From positions 14,574 to 78,573 of the forward strand of contig WTZU01000001.1 of assembly GCA_009889625.1 (NCBI GenBank): DNA of 64,000 nt, written 5' to 3'. The translations under genes were made by a program, and so were the position numbers. Below the pieces are notes generated by a model. That model was not told where the DNA came from. It did not search any database and saw nothing but the letters and a program-made list of their open reading frames with translations. This DNA is from Candidatus Hikarchaeia archaeon HikBin5. GTDB taxonomy: Archaea; Halobacteriota; Halobacteria; Halobacteriales; Hikarchaeaceae. This document shows, piece by piece, positions 36,052-47,193 of the stretch (its first letter is position 1; every line of letters begins with the position of its first letter).

Positions 36052-36498
36052 ATGCTATCTCTATTACTATCTCTTATTGTGATATTCGCCGAGAATTTAA
36101 TAGCTTATGGAAATTTAAATATCAGTGCAAAGCATCCTTCTACTTTGGAAATAACCAAAGATTCTTATTTAACCCCCTCTGGTGATTGTATAGTTGGCAT
36201 TTCTTCCAATAGATCTCCCTGTGATTTTTCTAGTGATTTCATTACAGCCTGCCAAAATGAAGATTCGGAGATAATTGCCAAATTAACTATTGGGCCCCAT
36301 ACTCAATTTATATCTGGCCGTGGCCATCCTGATTTGACCTTTAAAAATGCCCATTCTGCTGTGATTCGGACTAGTGATTACGTTGACGATAGAACTATCA
36401 TGGTGCATTCCGATACTGCTGCAAAAAATATCGATAGAACTATCATCGGAATTTTGCAAAATGGACACCAACTCTCAATTAGCCTAACCGTTCTATAG
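36052..36498 (+). CDS. DUF371-family protein
   Basis: AYGNLNISAKHPSTLEITKDSYLTPSGDCIVGI matches my recollection of the DUF371 signature (H-x-T-T-x-E-I-T-K...LT-x-x-GDCI). The true start may be the GTG at 36079. Confidence 0.65.
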   Translation: MLSLLLSLIVIFAENLIAYGNLNISAKHPSTLEITKDSYLTPSGDCIVGISSNRSPCDFSSDFITACQNEDSEIIAKLTIGPHTQFISGRGHPDLTFKNAHSAVIRTSDYVDDRTIMVHSDTAAKNIDRTIIGILQNGHQLSISLTVL

Positions 36499-36538
36499 AA
36501 CCAATTCCTTATCAACATGGAAGCCAATCTGTTTTTTT

Positions 36539-38215
36539 ATGGCAACTACGTCCGAACTCAACGTAACCATAGTCGATGGTTATGTGGACGAACCTGCCCA
36601 TTTTGGAGTTCCTCCTTACATATCTACATATCCTCGATACACAGCTGGTGCATTGGTCGATGCCGGTGTTTCCCCTCAAAATATATTTTACCACACCATT
36701 GATGCACTCCGTCAGGATTCCCGTCGATGGATAAACATAGAAAATTCCGACCTCGTAATTTATATTGGAGGTATGACTGTACCTGGAAAATATGTTGGTG
36801 GAACTCCTGCAGAACCAGATGAAGTCAGAAAAATAACATGGAGGGCAAAAGGAGTCTCTCTCCTCGGTGGGCCGATCAAATTCGGTGTTGGATCCAAAAA
36901 CGAAGGGGCTAGTGATATGCACCGAGACGATCTTGACTATACATTCGTCGCAAAAGGGGATGTCGAAGCAGCAGCTTATGATCTAGTCCAACAAAATCTT
37001 GAAGGATTTTCAAATAGAATGCGTGATAACTTAGAAATTCAACAATGGGCATCAAAAGGTTCATTCATAGTTGAACATCATCCCAATCATCCCAATTATC
37101 TCATATGCGAGATCGAAACTTCTCGTGGTTGTCCTTATCGATGTTCATTTTGCACAGAACCACTCTATGGCTCCAAACCCACCTTCAGATCTATAAAATC
37201 GATACTACAAGAAATATCTGAATTGTATAATTTTGGCATTAGACATTTCAGACTGGGACGTCAGGCAGATATCCTCGCATACGGAGGTGATGGAAAACGA
37301 CCTAGTCCCTCTAAGCTTTATGATCTATATTCTGGAATTCACAAAGTCGCACCCGAATTGGAGACACTCCACCTAGACAACATGAACCCTATTACAATAG
37401 CAAATTGGCCTTCAAAATCTTCAGAATGCCTACGCACCATCTCAAAATTTAACACGCCCGGGGATACTGCAGCATTTGGCCTAGAATCTGCCGACCCCAT
37501 GGTTTATGAAGAAAACAATCTCAACGTAACGGCAGAAGAGTGCCTCACAGCAATAGAAATTGTTAACCAGGAAGCTGGATGGAGGCCAAATGAGAATTCA
37601 CTACCAAAATTACTACCTGGCATCAATTTTGTACATGGACTAAAAGGAGAGACCAGAAAAACTTTTGAATACAATAAACAATTTCTTAAAAAAATCATAG
37701 ATTCGGGATTTTTAGTTCGCCGAGTTAATATTCGTCAAGTTATGGCATTCCCTGGCACTCCAATGTCTTCTACCGGTGCATCAATTGCTATGGGGCATAA
37801 GAAACTTTTCCAAAAATATAAACAAGAGGTCCGATTAATTTTCGACCATCAGATGCTCCAGAGGGTTGCTCCTGTGGGTACTATCTTACCTAATGTACAC
37901 TTAGAATATTTCAGTGGGGGATCTACTTTTGGAAGGCAACTTGGAACTTATCCACTTCTCGTAGGGTTCCCCGGGGAATTCCCACTTGGAACCACTTTGG
38001 ACGCAATTATAGTTGGCCATGGACAGAGATCAGTCACCGCAATTCCTCTAAATTTGGATCTTAATACAGCTAAATTTTCTGAACTTATGACGATCCCAGG
38101 AATTGGGAAAAAAAGAGCACAAACTCTGCTACTAAATCGGCCCTATACTTCTATCAAGGAAGCATCTAATTTAGTTGAAACTGATCTTTCTAAATTTATA
38201 ACTATTGGCCCTTGA
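36539..38215 (+). CDS. Radical SAM enzyme with a C-terminal helix-hairpin-helix motif (COG1031-type)
   Basis: 558 aa. Has the CxxxCxxC cluster ETSRGCPYRCSFCTEP and the C-terminal HhH LMTIPGIGKKRAQTLL. Confidence 0.8.
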   Translation: MATTSELNVTIVDGYVDEPAHFGVPPYISTYPRYTAGALVDAGVSPQNIFYHTIDALRQDSRRWINIENSDLVIYIGGMTVPGKYVGGTPAEPDEVRKITWRAKGVSLLGGPIKFGVGSKNEGASDMHRDDLDYTFVAKGDVEAAAYDLVQQNLEGFSNRMRDNLEIQQWASKGSFIVEHHPNHPNYLICEIETSRGCPYRCSFCTEPLYGSKPTFRSIKSILQEISELYNFGIRHFRLGRQADILAYGGDGKRPSPSKLYDLYSGIHKVAPELETLHLDNMNPITIANWPSKSSECLRTISKFNTPGDTAAFGLESADPMVYEENNLNVTAEECLTAIEIVNQEAGWRPNENSLPKLLPGINFVHGLKGETRKTFEYNKQFLKKIIDSGFLVRRVNIRQVMAFPGTPMSSTGASIAMGHKKLFQKYKQEVRLIFDHQMLQRVAPVGTILPNVHLEYFSGGSTFGRQLGTYPLLVGFPGEFPLGTTLDAIIVGHGQRSVTAIPLNLDLNTAKFSELMTIPGIGKKRAQTLLLNRPYTSIKEASNLVETDLSKFITIGP

Positions 38216-38257
38216 TTATTCAATCTTGCCCCCATTGAATTAAAATCCTATTTTTAC

Positions 38258-38659
38258 CTATTCTAATACGTCTTCAATGATGCTTGCCATGGCAAAATTT
38301 TGCTTAACATCAATTATCTCCACTTTCACTTGCTCCCCAACACTCGATTCTGGGACAATAATTACATATCCCCTTTCTGCCCGTGCTATTCCATCTCCCT
38401 GTTTCCCCAAACTTTCAATTTCTATGTATCGTATTTCTCCTACTTCTACCGGAGGCTGTGGGAGCCCGGGCGCTTCCAATTCACTTTGAATTCCCATTTC
38501 TAAGTTTTCTCCGCTCTTGGTTAGGGCAATTCGATATGTATCTCCTACCTCTATATTTTCATTTTGTATTTGTTCATCTGGGATCTTAATAATATAGTCT
38601 GCATCAACCTTTTCAATATTGGCATTAAACAAACATAAAACTTCATCTAAATTTATCAT
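38258..38659 (-). CDS. TRAM-domain protein
   Basis: 133 aa. The C-terminal 60 aa, YIEIESLGKQGDGIARAERGYVIIVPESSVGEQVKVEIIDVKQNFAMA, has the TRAM pattern. Confidence 0.7.
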   Translation of the reverse strand: MINLDEVLCLFNANIEKVDADYIIKIPDEQIQNENIEVGDTYRIALTKSGENLEMGIQSELEAPGLPQPPVEVGEIRYIEIESLGKQGDGIARAERGYVIIVPESSVGEQVKVEIIDVKQNFAMASIIEDVLE

Positions 38660-38717
38660 ATAAATATCCTCAACTGAATCGAGTCGTATTCCAGCTTAAT
38701 AGTTCTATCGGTACTTC

Positions 38718-39371
38718 TCATAAAAATTTCCCATCCCGATCCTTCGCCCCTTCTGAATCATGAACAACCATCGTTCTCGTTTTGATTTTTGAATTTTTAT
38801 ATTTCTCTATGACCTCTATTGCTTCTTTTATATCTCGTATGGTTCTTTTTTTAAGAATCTCTGCTAATTTCATAGCATCTTCATAATCTATTTCTCTGCC
38901 AATTCCTTCACATTCATGTACTACTACTCCTCCTATTTTTTGCACAATTTCCCCATCTGGTTTGCTACTTCCTTCTAAATCAATACTAAATGGATATGTT
39001 TCACAAATTAGAGGTTTATCACTATAAATTCCACATACTCCTCCTCCATCCGTTTCCCTATAGAATGAACAATCTCCGCAATTCCCTATCTGCAACGCCC
39101 ATTCAAATGTTTCCCCTTTCAACTCCCCCTTTACTCCCTCTGTCATCCCGAAAGGCATCGGGCGCGCAATGTCTCTCCATTTCATACCTTTTGATTTTTG
39201 TATATTTCTAATTTCACTTGGAAATACGGTTGCAATGTGTTCTTCTTCTTCTCCCTTACAACAAGCTCCACATCTAGTACATTCAAACCCAATCTCTACG
39301 ATAACATCTGCCAAGTGTTTCACATCTAACATTTCTGCAGTTGCCAATTCCTCTTCTAGTTCCACATTCAA
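38718..39371 (-). CDS. YkgJ/UPF0153-family cysteine-cluster (CxxCxxCC) protein
   Basis: 217 aa. Has CTRCGACCKG near the N-terminus and further Cys residues in GNCGDCSFY...GVCGIY. Confidence 0.7.
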   Translation of the reverse strand: MNVELEEELATAEMLDVKHLADVIVEIGFECTRCGACCKGEEEEHIATVFPSEIRNIQKSKGMKWRDIARPMPFGMTEGVKGELKGETFEWALQIGNCGDCSFYRETDGGGVCGIYSDKPLICETYPFSIDLEGSSKPDGEIVQKIGGVVVHECEGIGREIDYEDAMKLAEILKKRTIRDIKEAIEVIEKYKNSKIKTRTMVVHDSEGAKDRDGKFL

Positions 39372-39453
39372 TATTTATAATGCACTTGTTAAAATCCATC
39401 GAACAAATCCCATAACAACCAATAAGTTTTATCCAATTACCTCTTATATGTAA

Positions 39454-40164
39454 ATGTCCATGAAGGGGTCCCATTGGTATCAAAAAAATTTAATTGCAAA
39501 TCAGTATGACGCCAAACGTTTCTCGAAAGGTGGGGTTTTAATTGATACTCAAGAAAAACAAATAATAACCAATTTTATAGATTCTATCGATGGAAAGAAA
39601 ATTCTAGATCTGGCTTGCGGAACTGCTCGATTTAGCTTACTTCTGGCGGATCTAGGGGCAGATGTTGTCGCACTTGATATATCTAAACCGATGCTTGCCA
39701 TTGGGAAAACCAAGGCTCAAAATTCTACCTCTTCTGACAATATGACATTTTTACGTGGTTCTGCGGGAGATTTGCCATTCGCAGATTCTTCTTTCGATAT
39801 AGTCTTGGCCATGAGATTTTTCCATCTGACTACTGTACCTATGTATTTCTTTTTAGAAATGCTCCGAGTTTCCCGAGAAAAAATAATCTTTGATACTTTC
39901 AATAAATATAGTGTCAGATCTTTCTACAACTGGGCATTGCCCATGAATTCCATACTTCATTCAAAATCACATATCTCCCAACTTCTCTCTTGCATGGATG
40001 TCACAATTGAAGAATCTCACCAAGATTTCATTTTCCCCTATGGATTCTACCGAAATCTCCCCCTTTCTTTATCAAAACCCATACGAAACATTGACTCATC
40101 TGTTGTATCAACTTCATTTGGTCAGTCCATTTCTTCTGTATCTTATTGGTCTATATCTCTTTGA
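39454..40164 (+). CDS. Class I SAM-dependent methyltransferase
   Basis: Motif I is KILDLACGTARFS, followed by VVALDIS and an acidic post-II loop. Substrate unknown. Confidence 0.75.
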   Translation: MSMKGSHWYQKNLIANQYDAKRFSKGGVLIDTQEKQIITNFIDSIDGKKILDLACGTARFSLLLADLGADVVALDISKPMLAIGKTKAQNSTSSDNMTFLRGSAGDLPFADSSFDIVLAMRFFHLTTVPMYFFLEMLRVSREKIIFDTFNKYSVRSFYNWALPMNSILHSKSHISQLLSCMDVTIEESHQDFIFPYGFYRNLPLSLSKPIRNIDSSVVSTSFGQSISSVSYWSISL

Positions 40165-40184
40165 AGTCTATCGATTCAAGTCCG

Positions 40185-40197
40185 TTAAATTAATATA
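40185..40197 (+). promoter_or_regulatory. TATA-like box upstream of the thermosome gene
   Basis: TTAAATTAATATA is centred about 35 nt upstream of the ATG at 40227. Confidence 0.3.
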
Positions 40198-40226
40198 GAC
40201 TCGCTAACCTTCAATTAGTAATTACT

Positions 40227-41786
40227 ATGGCATACAACCAACCCTATATAATCCTAGGTGACGGTACTAACCGTACTCAAGGTCGGGACGCACAATCTAT
40301 GAATATCGCTGCAGGAAAAGCAGTTGCAGAGGCAGTAAGGACTACATTGGGCCCCCGGGGAATGGACAAAATGTTAGTGACTTCTTCTGGAGATGTAGTA
40401 ATAACCAATGATGGTGCTACTATCTTAAAACAAATGGACATAGAACACCCCGCTGCTCAAATGATTGTAGAAGTATCTGAATCTCAGGAAGAAGAAGTTG
40501 GGGATGGGACTACTACTGCAGCAGTCATAGCTGGCCAATTATTAGCAAAAGCCGAGAAATTACTAGAAGACGACGTCCATCCTACTACTATTGTTGAGGG
40601 CTATTCAGAAGCAAATCAAATTGCACAAGAGGCCATCTCTTCCCATACTTTAAGCGATTCTGTAGATGACAAAATATTACAAAAGGTTGCTACAACTAGT
40701 ATGACTGGGAAAGGAACCGGGGATGTATCTCCTGAAGAACTATCTAAAATCATCGTAGATACTGTCAAACATGTCTTCAACTCTGGGAAGGTAGGCCGAG
40801 ATGATATCCACCTCCAAACTCGTGTAGGTGCATCTTCGAGTGCAACTGAACTAGTAAAGGGATTTATATTGGAATCTGAACGCTCGCACGAACACATGCC
40901 CAAGTCCATATCAAAAGGAAAAGTATTAATTTTGGACATGGATCTCGAAATTCGAGATCCTGAGGTCGACGCAGAATTCACGATCACTAGTGTGGATCAA
41001 TTAACTGCTGCGTTCGAAGCAGAAGAAGCTGAACTTCGAGGCTACGCAGACATCATATCTGAAGCTGGAGTTAATGTTGTATTCTGCACTGAAGACATCG
41101 ACAATCGAGTTGCAGGATTTTTATCCGACAAAGGTATTCTTGCATTTGAGGATGTTGGCAACGACGATGCCAAGGCACTTTCAAAAGCCACAGGAGCAAT
41201 GAGAGTTGCAACATTGCACAATCTTTCTAAGGACGATCTTGGTCAGATAGATTCTATCGAGATTAAAAAGTTCGGCGATGATGAATTAACATTTGTTGAA
41301 GCTGGATCAAGGGCAGAAGCTGTCACCCTTTTCATACGTGGCGGAACTGAACACATAGTAGATGAATTAGAACGTGCAATCAGCGATGGATTGGATGTTG
41401 TTGCCGCAACATTAGAGTCTGGAGAAGTTGTTCCTGGAGCGGGTGTAATTGAAATAGGAATTGCTAGCCGGGTTAGAAGTCTAGCAGCCTCCATTGAAGG
41501 AAGAAAACAGTTAGCAGTTGAGGCATTTGCAGACGCGGTAGAAGCAATCCCTAGAACTCTAGCAGAAAACGCAGGTCTCGATCAAATTGATACTCTTGTA
41601 GATCTTCGGGCAGCAAACGAGTCGGGTAGGGCTGGGATAATTGCAAAAGGAGAATCTGGAGAATTAGACGACCCAGTCAAACATGGTATTTTGGACCCTG
41701 CCGCCGTAAAACGGGAGGCAATCGATAGCGCAACCGAGGCAGCAACGATGATTATTAGAATAGATGATATCATCGCAGCAAGCTAG
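40227..41786 (+). CDS. ths: Thermosome (group II chaperonin) subunit
   Basis: 519 aa. Contains [24 protein letters not shown] and VPGAGVIE. Confidence 0.95.
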   Translation: MAYNQPYIILGDGTNRTQGRDAQSMNIAAGKAVAEAVRTTLGPRGMDKMLVTSSGDVVITNDGATILKQMDIEHPAAQMIVEVSESQEEEVGDGTTTAAVIAGQLLAKAEKLLEDDVHPTTIVEGYSEANQIAQEAISSHTLSDSVDDKILQKVATTSMTGKGTGDVSPEELSKIIVDTVKHVFNSGKVGRDDIHLQTRVGASSSATELVKGFILESERSHEHMPKSISKGKVLILDMDLEIRDPEVDAEFTITSVDQLTAAFEAEEAELRGYADIISEAGVNVVFCTEDIDNRVAGFLSDKGILAFEDVGNDDAKALSKATGAMRVATLHNLSKDDLGQIDSIEIKKFGDDELTFVEAGSRAEAVTLFIRGGTEHIVDELERAISDGLDVVAATLESGEVVPGAGVIEIGIASRVRSLAASIEGRKQLAVEAFADAVEAIPRTLAENAGLDQIDTLVDLRAANESGRAGIIAKGESGELDDPVKHGILDPAAVKREAIDSATEAATMIIRIDDIIAAS

Positions 41787-42304
41787 ATTTTTCTTTCAGA
41801 ATCACTCTCATTAATTTTTTGAATTCTTTCTATTCCTCCAATCTCATCGATTATCTCCCTCACTGGAATTGGAACTAAAGACTGCCAATCATCTCCCTTT
41901 CCCATTCTTCTTCTCACTTCTGCCCCTTCTAAAACCCCTCTGTCAAACATGGGCACTTGGCGAACATCTCTGCCTGCATCCTTGAATAACTGAATCACGA
42001 GCGGATTATTTGAATAAGCTACATCAAATTTTGGACTTATACTTTCAACGTGACTCACCCAAATAGAATTGCGCTTTAAATCTTCTATTTGCACTACGTA
42101 TGTGGGGATCTTTATGTCCTCAATAGCTTTCATTACCATCAACATTCGCTCACCTGCCGTAAAGGGATTTTTCTGCGTGTGTGAATCTCCGGCACTTCCT
42201 ATTCCTAGTACTATCTCATCCACTTCCCCCGAAATTTGTTGTACCATTTTGTGGTGACCATTATGGTAGGGCTGAAAACGCCCAATATATATCCCTCTGA
42301 TCAT
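41783..42304 (-). CDS. nadM: Nicotinamide-nucleotide adenylyltransferase (archaeal type)
   Basis: 173 aa. N-terminus is MIRGIYIGRFQPYHNGHHKMV. Confidence 0.88.
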   Translation of the reverse strand: MIRGIYIGRFQPYHNGHHKMVQQISGEVDEIVLGIGSAGDSHTQKNPFTAGERMLMVMKAIEDIKIPTYVVQIEDLKRNSIWVSHVESISPKFDVAYSNNPLVIQLFKDAGRDVRQVPMFDRGVLEGAEVRRRMGKGDDWQSLVPIPVREIIDEIGGIERIQKINESDSERKI

Positions 42305-42430
42305 ATCTTATCGATCGTTTGGATATGTAATAACCATGCCGCGTGAGTTTCGAAATTCTCTTTACCAATTCTGCCATTCCTCTACAAAAAGTATATCAAT
42401 CCCCTTGACCCCTACATCACTACTACGTTT

Positions 42431-44383
42431 ATGACGAAAAAGAGCCAGAAGCTTCCCGAATCAGAAGATGTTGATTCTCCAATTTCTATTACTTCTCCCC
42501 CTGAAAAAAATCCACCTAAGGATTTGAAGATAAATGAAGAAATAGCCGAAGACGATCTACTTGGTGGGTTACTTTTCTCCACAACCGATGAAGTGCCCAT
42601 TCCGGAAAAGTTAATTGACCAAGTAATTGGACAAGATAGAGCAACGGAGGCTATTACAAAAGCTGCACTTCAACACCGTCATGTCATGATGATCGGCTCT
42701 CCTGGAACTGGGAAATCAATGCTAGCAAAAGCCATGGCAGAGCTGTTACCAAAAGAAGAATTGCAGGATGTCTTGGTTTATGAAAACTCAGATGATAAAA
42801 ATGTCCCCAAAATACGAACAGTACCCACTGGAAAAGGACAACAAATTATTGATGCACATAAAGAAGAAGCAAAAAAACAGAACCAAATGAGATCATTTTT
42901 AATGTGGATGATCATTATAGCTGTAGTTGGATATGCACTGTTAATAGCACAAGACCCTCTACTTGGCATTCTGGCAGCAGCAGTAATCTATATCGCATTC
43001 AGATATAGTTCTAGAAATGCAGATGCCCTAGTCCCCAATTTATTGATTAACAATGCAGAGCAAAGCACAGCACCATTCCATGATGCAACCGGCTCTCATG
43101 CGGGGGCACTTTTAGGTGATGTTAGACACGACCCATTTCAATCTGGAGGAATGGAAACTCCTGCACACGAACGAGTAGAAGCAGGGGCCATTCACAAGGC
43201 GCACAAAGGCGTTCTTTTCATTGATGAAATCAATACTCTTGAATTGCGCTCCCAACAAATGCTAATGACTGCTATCCAAGAAAGAAGATTTTCCATAACT
43301 GGACAGTCCGAACGGTCGTCTGGTGCAATGGTTCAAACAGAACCTGTTCCAACCGATTTCATAATGATAGCCGCTGGAAATTTGGATGCAATGCAAAATA
43401 TGCATCCAGCATTGCGAAATAGGGTCAAAGGATATGGATATGAATTATATATGGATAACACCATCAAAGACACACCCAAACTCCGTAGAAAGTACGTCCA
43501 GTTCGTTGCCCAAGAAGTAAGAAACGATGGTAGAATCCCTCATTTTACTAGGGAGGCAGTTGAAGAAATATTAGTAGAAGCTAGAAGGAGGGCTTCTCGA
43601 AAAGGCCATCTAACATTAGGATTTAGGTCCTTGGGTGGTTTAATCCGGGCCGCTGGGGATTTGGCAAGATCTGCAGAGGCAGAATACGTAACCGAAGATC
43701 ATGTTCTCCAAGCTAAGTCTAGGTCGCGCTCCATCGAACAACAACTGGCAGACGAATATGCCCAAAGGCGGAAAGACTATGCACTTTCTAGTAACGATGG
43801 AACTTCAATTGCCCGCGTTAATGGTTTAGCTGTCATGGGGGAGGATTCCGGAATAGTTCTTCCTGTCATGGCCGAAGTCACTCCTTCTCAAGGCCGTGGA
43901 AAAATAATTGCAACAGGACAATTGCAAAAAATAGCAGAAGAGTCTATCAAAAATGTATCTGCCATCATTAAAAAGTTCTCTGACAAAGGCTTAACTGACC
44001 GTGATATTCACGTCCAATTTGTCCAATCTTATGAGGGGATAGAAGGGGATTCCGCAAGTGTCACAGTAGCAACTGCCGTTATTTCTGCCCTTGAAGATGT
44101 GCCTGTAAAACAAGATGTGGCCATGACTGGATCACTCTCAGTTCGTGGAGATGTTCTCCCTGTTGGAGGTGTGACTCATAAAATTGAGGCTGCGGCAAAA
44201 GCTGGAATTGCTCAAGTTATAATCCCAAAAGCCAACGAACAAGATGTAATGCTTTCCAGCGAATATGATGAATTAATTGAAATGATTCCTGCAACTAATA
44301 TTTGCGAAGTCCTCGATTTGGCACTGGTCAATTCAGCTAAAAAGACCAAACTTCTTCGCCGGCTTAAAAAATCGTTTGCTTAG
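42431..44383 (+). CDS. lonB: Archaeal membrane-bound Lon protease (LonB)
   Basis: 650 aa. Has Walker A GSPGTGKSMLAKA, a two-helix membrane insertion (FLMWMIIIAVVGYALL...AAAVIYIAF) and Walker B VLFIDEINTL. The protease Ser-Lys dyad is in EGDSASV and GGVTHKIEAA. Confidence 0.92.
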   Translation: MTKKSQKLPESEDVDSPISITSPPEKNPPKDLKINEEIAEDDLLGGLLFSTTDEVPIPEKLIDQVIGQDRATEAITKAALQHRHVMMIGSPGTGKSMLAKAMAELLPKEELQDVLVYENSDDKNVPKIRTVPTGKGQQIIDAHKEEAKKQNQMRSFLMWMIIIAVVGYALLIAQDPLLGILAAAVIYIAFRYSSRNADALVPNLLINNAEQSTAPFHDATGSHAGALLGDVRHDPFQSGGMETPAHERVEAGAIHKAHKGVLFIDEINTLELRSQQMLMTAIQERRFSITGQSERSSGAMVQTEPVPTDFIMIAAGNLDAMQNMHPALRNRVKGYGYELYMDNTIKDTPKLRRKYVQFVAQEVRNDGRIPHFTREAVEEILVEARRRASRKGHLTLGFRSLGGLIRAAGDLARSAEAEYVTEDHVLQAKSRSRSIEQQLADEYAQRRKDYALSSNDGTSIARVNGLAVMGEDSGIVLPVMAEVTPSQGRGKIIATGQLQKIAEESIKNVSAIIKKFSDKGLTDRDIHVQFVQSYEGIEGDSASVTVATAVISALEDVPVKQDVAMTGSLSVRGDVLPVGGVTHKIEAAAKAGIAQVIIPKANEQDVMLSSEYDELIEMIPATNICEVLDLALVNSAKKTKLLRRLKKSFA

Positions 44384-44394
44384 ATTTTGTATTT

Positions 44395-45567
44395 TTATTT
44401 TTCAATTATACTCTCTTCAATTGCTTCTCCAAAGTGACGAGCTGCATGCTCATAGCAAACCAATACTTCATCCCCAACCTCCAAAGCTGTAACTGCTTTT
44501 GGACTCTCCTTAGTAGCCACCTTGACAGTCTCTGCATTCTGTAATAATGTTTCAATTCTATCTATTCCATTCTTCGTTTCAATTTCAGCTTCAATTCGAA
44601 GCATGGGGCGCTTTTCTATTTTACATCTTCCCACAACCGCTTCTCTAGTTTCTCCTTTGGTATTTACAATTTGAATTTCATCCCCACTTTGTAATTCCGC
44701 TAGGTATCTAGTTTTCCCATTCAACGATCTCACATATGCATGTACTGCACCTGCATTCACTCTAAACGGACGGGAAGCCACGTATGGAGATTCTGCAGTT
44801 TCTGCATGAACGAAAAATAATCCCCTTGCCATTGACCCAATGAGCATCCCTTCTTCTGATTGCATCAATGAACCTGTGTCAACACAAACTCTATCCGCCA
44901 TACCTGTACTTTTTATAGAAATCACCGTGGCCCATTCCAATTCTAAAACTTCCCTTTCAGCTGCATCCCTTAGGTCTACCGTAGATCTAATTTCACTTGG
45001 ATCGTCTGAATCTATCAATACACCATCAGCTCCTATTTCCAACGTCTCGAAAGCAGTTCTGGCTTCTTCCGCGCTATTTACGCCAGCTACTAATTCGGTT
45101 TTACCCCCTATCCTTGCAATCAAATTTTCTAGAGGTATAATTTTCCAATCTTCTCCGCTCACTATCGTATACTCTCCCAGTTTTGCCACCTCTTCTGCCA
45201 GTGACTCATGCCCTTTAGATAATATTCTGACATATGCTCCATTCGCCCCTCCTCTTCTAACAGCTTTTATATCTGTAGAATCTGATATCTTTTCTGGCAA
45301 ATCAACCGTACCATCTCCTTCACTTCTTTTCCCTATTATCACCGCATCAGCCGCTTCTTGACCACTCTCCATCCCCTCTGCTTCTATCACTTGAACATCA
45401 TTCGTGGCAAATGCAGCAATCTTTATGTTTCCTAATTCTCTAACTGCCTTGACATCGACATCATTTACCAACACCCAATCTACTCCTGCCTCCAAACCTG
45501 CTGTTATCCTTCTTTTTTTCGATTCCCAATCCCCTCCATCTGCCTTAAGCCAAACACTTCGTTTCAT
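44395..45567 (-). CDS. aroB: 3-Dehydroquinate synthase II (archaeal shikimate pathway)
   Basis: 390 aa. The N-terminus VWLKADGGDWESKKRRITAGLEAGVDWVLV is typical of DHQS-II. The gene overlaps the upstream ADH synthase gene by 4 nt. Confidence 0.85.
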   Translation of the reverse strand: MKRSVWLKADGGDWESKKRRITAGLEAGVDWVLVNDVDVKAVRELGNIKIAAFATNDVQVIEAEGMESGQEAADAVIIGKRSEGDGTVDLPEKISDSTDIKAVRRGGANGAYVRILSKGHESLAEEVAKLGEYTIVSGEDWKIIPLENLIARIGGKTELVAGVNSAEEARTAFETLEIGADGVLIDSDDPSEIRSTVDLRDAAEREVLELEWATVISIKSTGMADRVCVDTGSLMQSEEGMLIGSMARGLFFVHAETAESPYVASRPFRVNAGAVHAYVRSLNGKTRYLAELQSGDEIQIVNTKGETREAVVGRCKIEKRPMLRIEAEIETKNGIDRIETLLQNAETVKVATKESPKAVTALEVGDEVLVCYEHAARHFGEAIEESIIEK

Positions 45568-46376
45568 TTTTCTAATAAACCTGCATTTTCCATTGCTTTC
45601 TCAACAGAACTTCCTTTATGCACCACTTCTACAACTGCACGAGATATTGATTTGGGATCATTGTGCTGAAAAATACAACGTCCCATAGAAACACCCGATG
45701 CTCCTGCTTCCATTGCCCCCTTTACCATTTGAATTGTTTCTCTATCTGTGCCCTTCGCCCCCCCTGCGATGACCACTGGCTTGGAAGTTGCATTGATCAC
45801 CAACTGAAAACTCTCTGCATCTCCTGTATATACAGTTTTTATAATGTCTGCTCCAAGTTCTTCCCCGAGGCGGACTGCATGAGCTACCTTTTCAGGATCT
45901 TTTTCATTTTCTTCATGCCCTCTGACATAGCACATGACCAACACTGGCATGCCAAATTCATCAGCAGCCTTTGTCACCCTTGCAAGAGATTCTATTTGAT
46001 TTCCTTCATATTCACTTGTAATATTTATGTGGTAAGAAACCGCATCAGCTCCTGCCCTAATTGCCTCTTCAACTGTCCCTGTCAAGCGTTTATCGGCTGG
46101 ATCTGGACCAATGTCTGTTGATCCATTTAAATGCATGATGTAACCTGCTTCATTTTTACTTTGGTGCACCCGGTGTGCTATTCCTTTTTGAGAAAGAATG
46201 GCATCGACCCCACCTTTTGTAATCGCATCTATTGTTGATTCCACATCTCTTAATCCCTTTACTGCTCCTTGGGTTAGGCCATGATCTATTGGTACAATGA
46301 CATATTTGTCATTTTTCCCAATTCTGCATAATCTTGCAGCTACTCCTGTGTTCATTAGTGTGTTATCGTGTCGCAC
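45564..46376 (-). CDS. aroA: 2-Amino-3,7-dideoxy-D-threo-hept-6-ulosonate synthase (DhnA-type class I aldolase family)
   Basis: 270 aa. Contains VPIDHGLTQG and the Schiff-base lysine region ADIIKTVYTG. Adjacency to DHQS-II and trpCBA supports the AroA' role over an FBP aldolase role. Confidence 0.8.
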   Translation of the reverse strand: MRHDNTLMNTGVAARLCRIGKNDKYVIVPIDHGLTQGAVKGLRDVESTIDAITKGGVDAILSQKGIAHRVHQSKNEAGYIMHLNGSTDIGPDPADKRLTGTVEEAIRAGADAVSYHINITSEYEGNQIESLARVTKAADEFGMPVLVMCYVRGHEENEKDPEKVAHAVRLGEELGADIIKTVYTGDAESFQLVINATSKPVVIAGGAKGTDRETIQMVKGAMEAGASGVSMGRCIFQHNDPKSISRAVVEVVHKGSSVEKAMENAGLLEK

Positions 46377-46392
46377 TCACAGGTTATGTGCG

Positions 46393-47193
46393 TTACGATT
46401 TATTATTTTCAATACCTTCGTCAATACCACGTACCAATTCTCGGGCTTTATCTTCTAGTAACTGAACTGCATTCGCATCTCCCCTTTGTATTATGTCCAC
46501 AAATACACTCCCTGCTATCACTCCATCTGCTCCGGATCTAACTATCTCTGCTGCTTGATTTGCATTGCTCACCCCGAATCCCACCGCCTTTGGAATGTCA
46601 TACCCTTTCAACCTCTCTAAACTTTCATATGTACTTTGACTTACGTCCTTTTGAACTCCCGTTATTCCCAATCTAGCCTGGACATACACAAAGCCTGAAA
46701 TTTTTCCCATTATTTTTTCTATCCTTTGATCACGTGTCGTTGGGGCAACAATAAATATTAAATCAATTTCTCTCCCCTCGCATATTTTCAGTATTTCTTC
46801 TGCTTCTTCTACTGGTAAATCTGGAATTATCATTCCATCCACTCCATGTTTAATCGCATCAGTTACAAAAGATTCTACAGGGACCTCTCCATACTGGTAG
46901 ATTATATTGTAATATGTCATTACCACTACTGGAACATTACAATTCATCAGTGAGACCAATTCAAAAAATTTTTTCGGATTCATTCCAGCTTCCAAGGATC
47001 TATTTATGGCTTCTTGTATTATTGGCCCATCTGCTATTGGTTCGGAGAATGGCAGGCCCAATTCAATTATTTTGGCCCCTCCTTTTACAAGAGCTTCAAC
47101 ATATTCTATAGTAGATTCTTGACTCGGATCTCCTGCAGTGATATATGGGATCAATATTGGACCTTCTCCAAACGCAACACCAATTCTACTCAT
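46393..47193 (-). CDS. trpA: Tryptophan synthase alpha chain
   Basis: Contains [17 protein letters not shown] and [12 protein letters not shown]. Confidence 0.93.
   Translation of the reverse strand: MSRIGVAFGEGPILIPYITAGDPSQESTIEYVEALVKGGAKIIELGLPFSEPIADGPIIQEAINRSLEAGMNPKKFFELVSLMNCNVPVVVMTYYNIIYQYGEVPVESFVTDAIKHGVDGMIIPDLPVEEAEEILKICEGREIDLIFIVAPTTRDQRIEKIMGKISGFVYVQARLGITGVQKDVSQSTYESLERLKGYDIPKAVGFGVSNANQAAEIVRSGADGVIAGSVFVDIIQRGDANAVQLLEDKARELVRGIDEGIENNKS

Noticed and set aside
36512-36922. 136-aa minus-strand ORF overlapping the start of the radical SAM gene.
   Set aside because: It is Cys/Arg/Phe-rich and lies antisense to a well-supported gene. It would leave no promoter space, and I recognise no domain in it.
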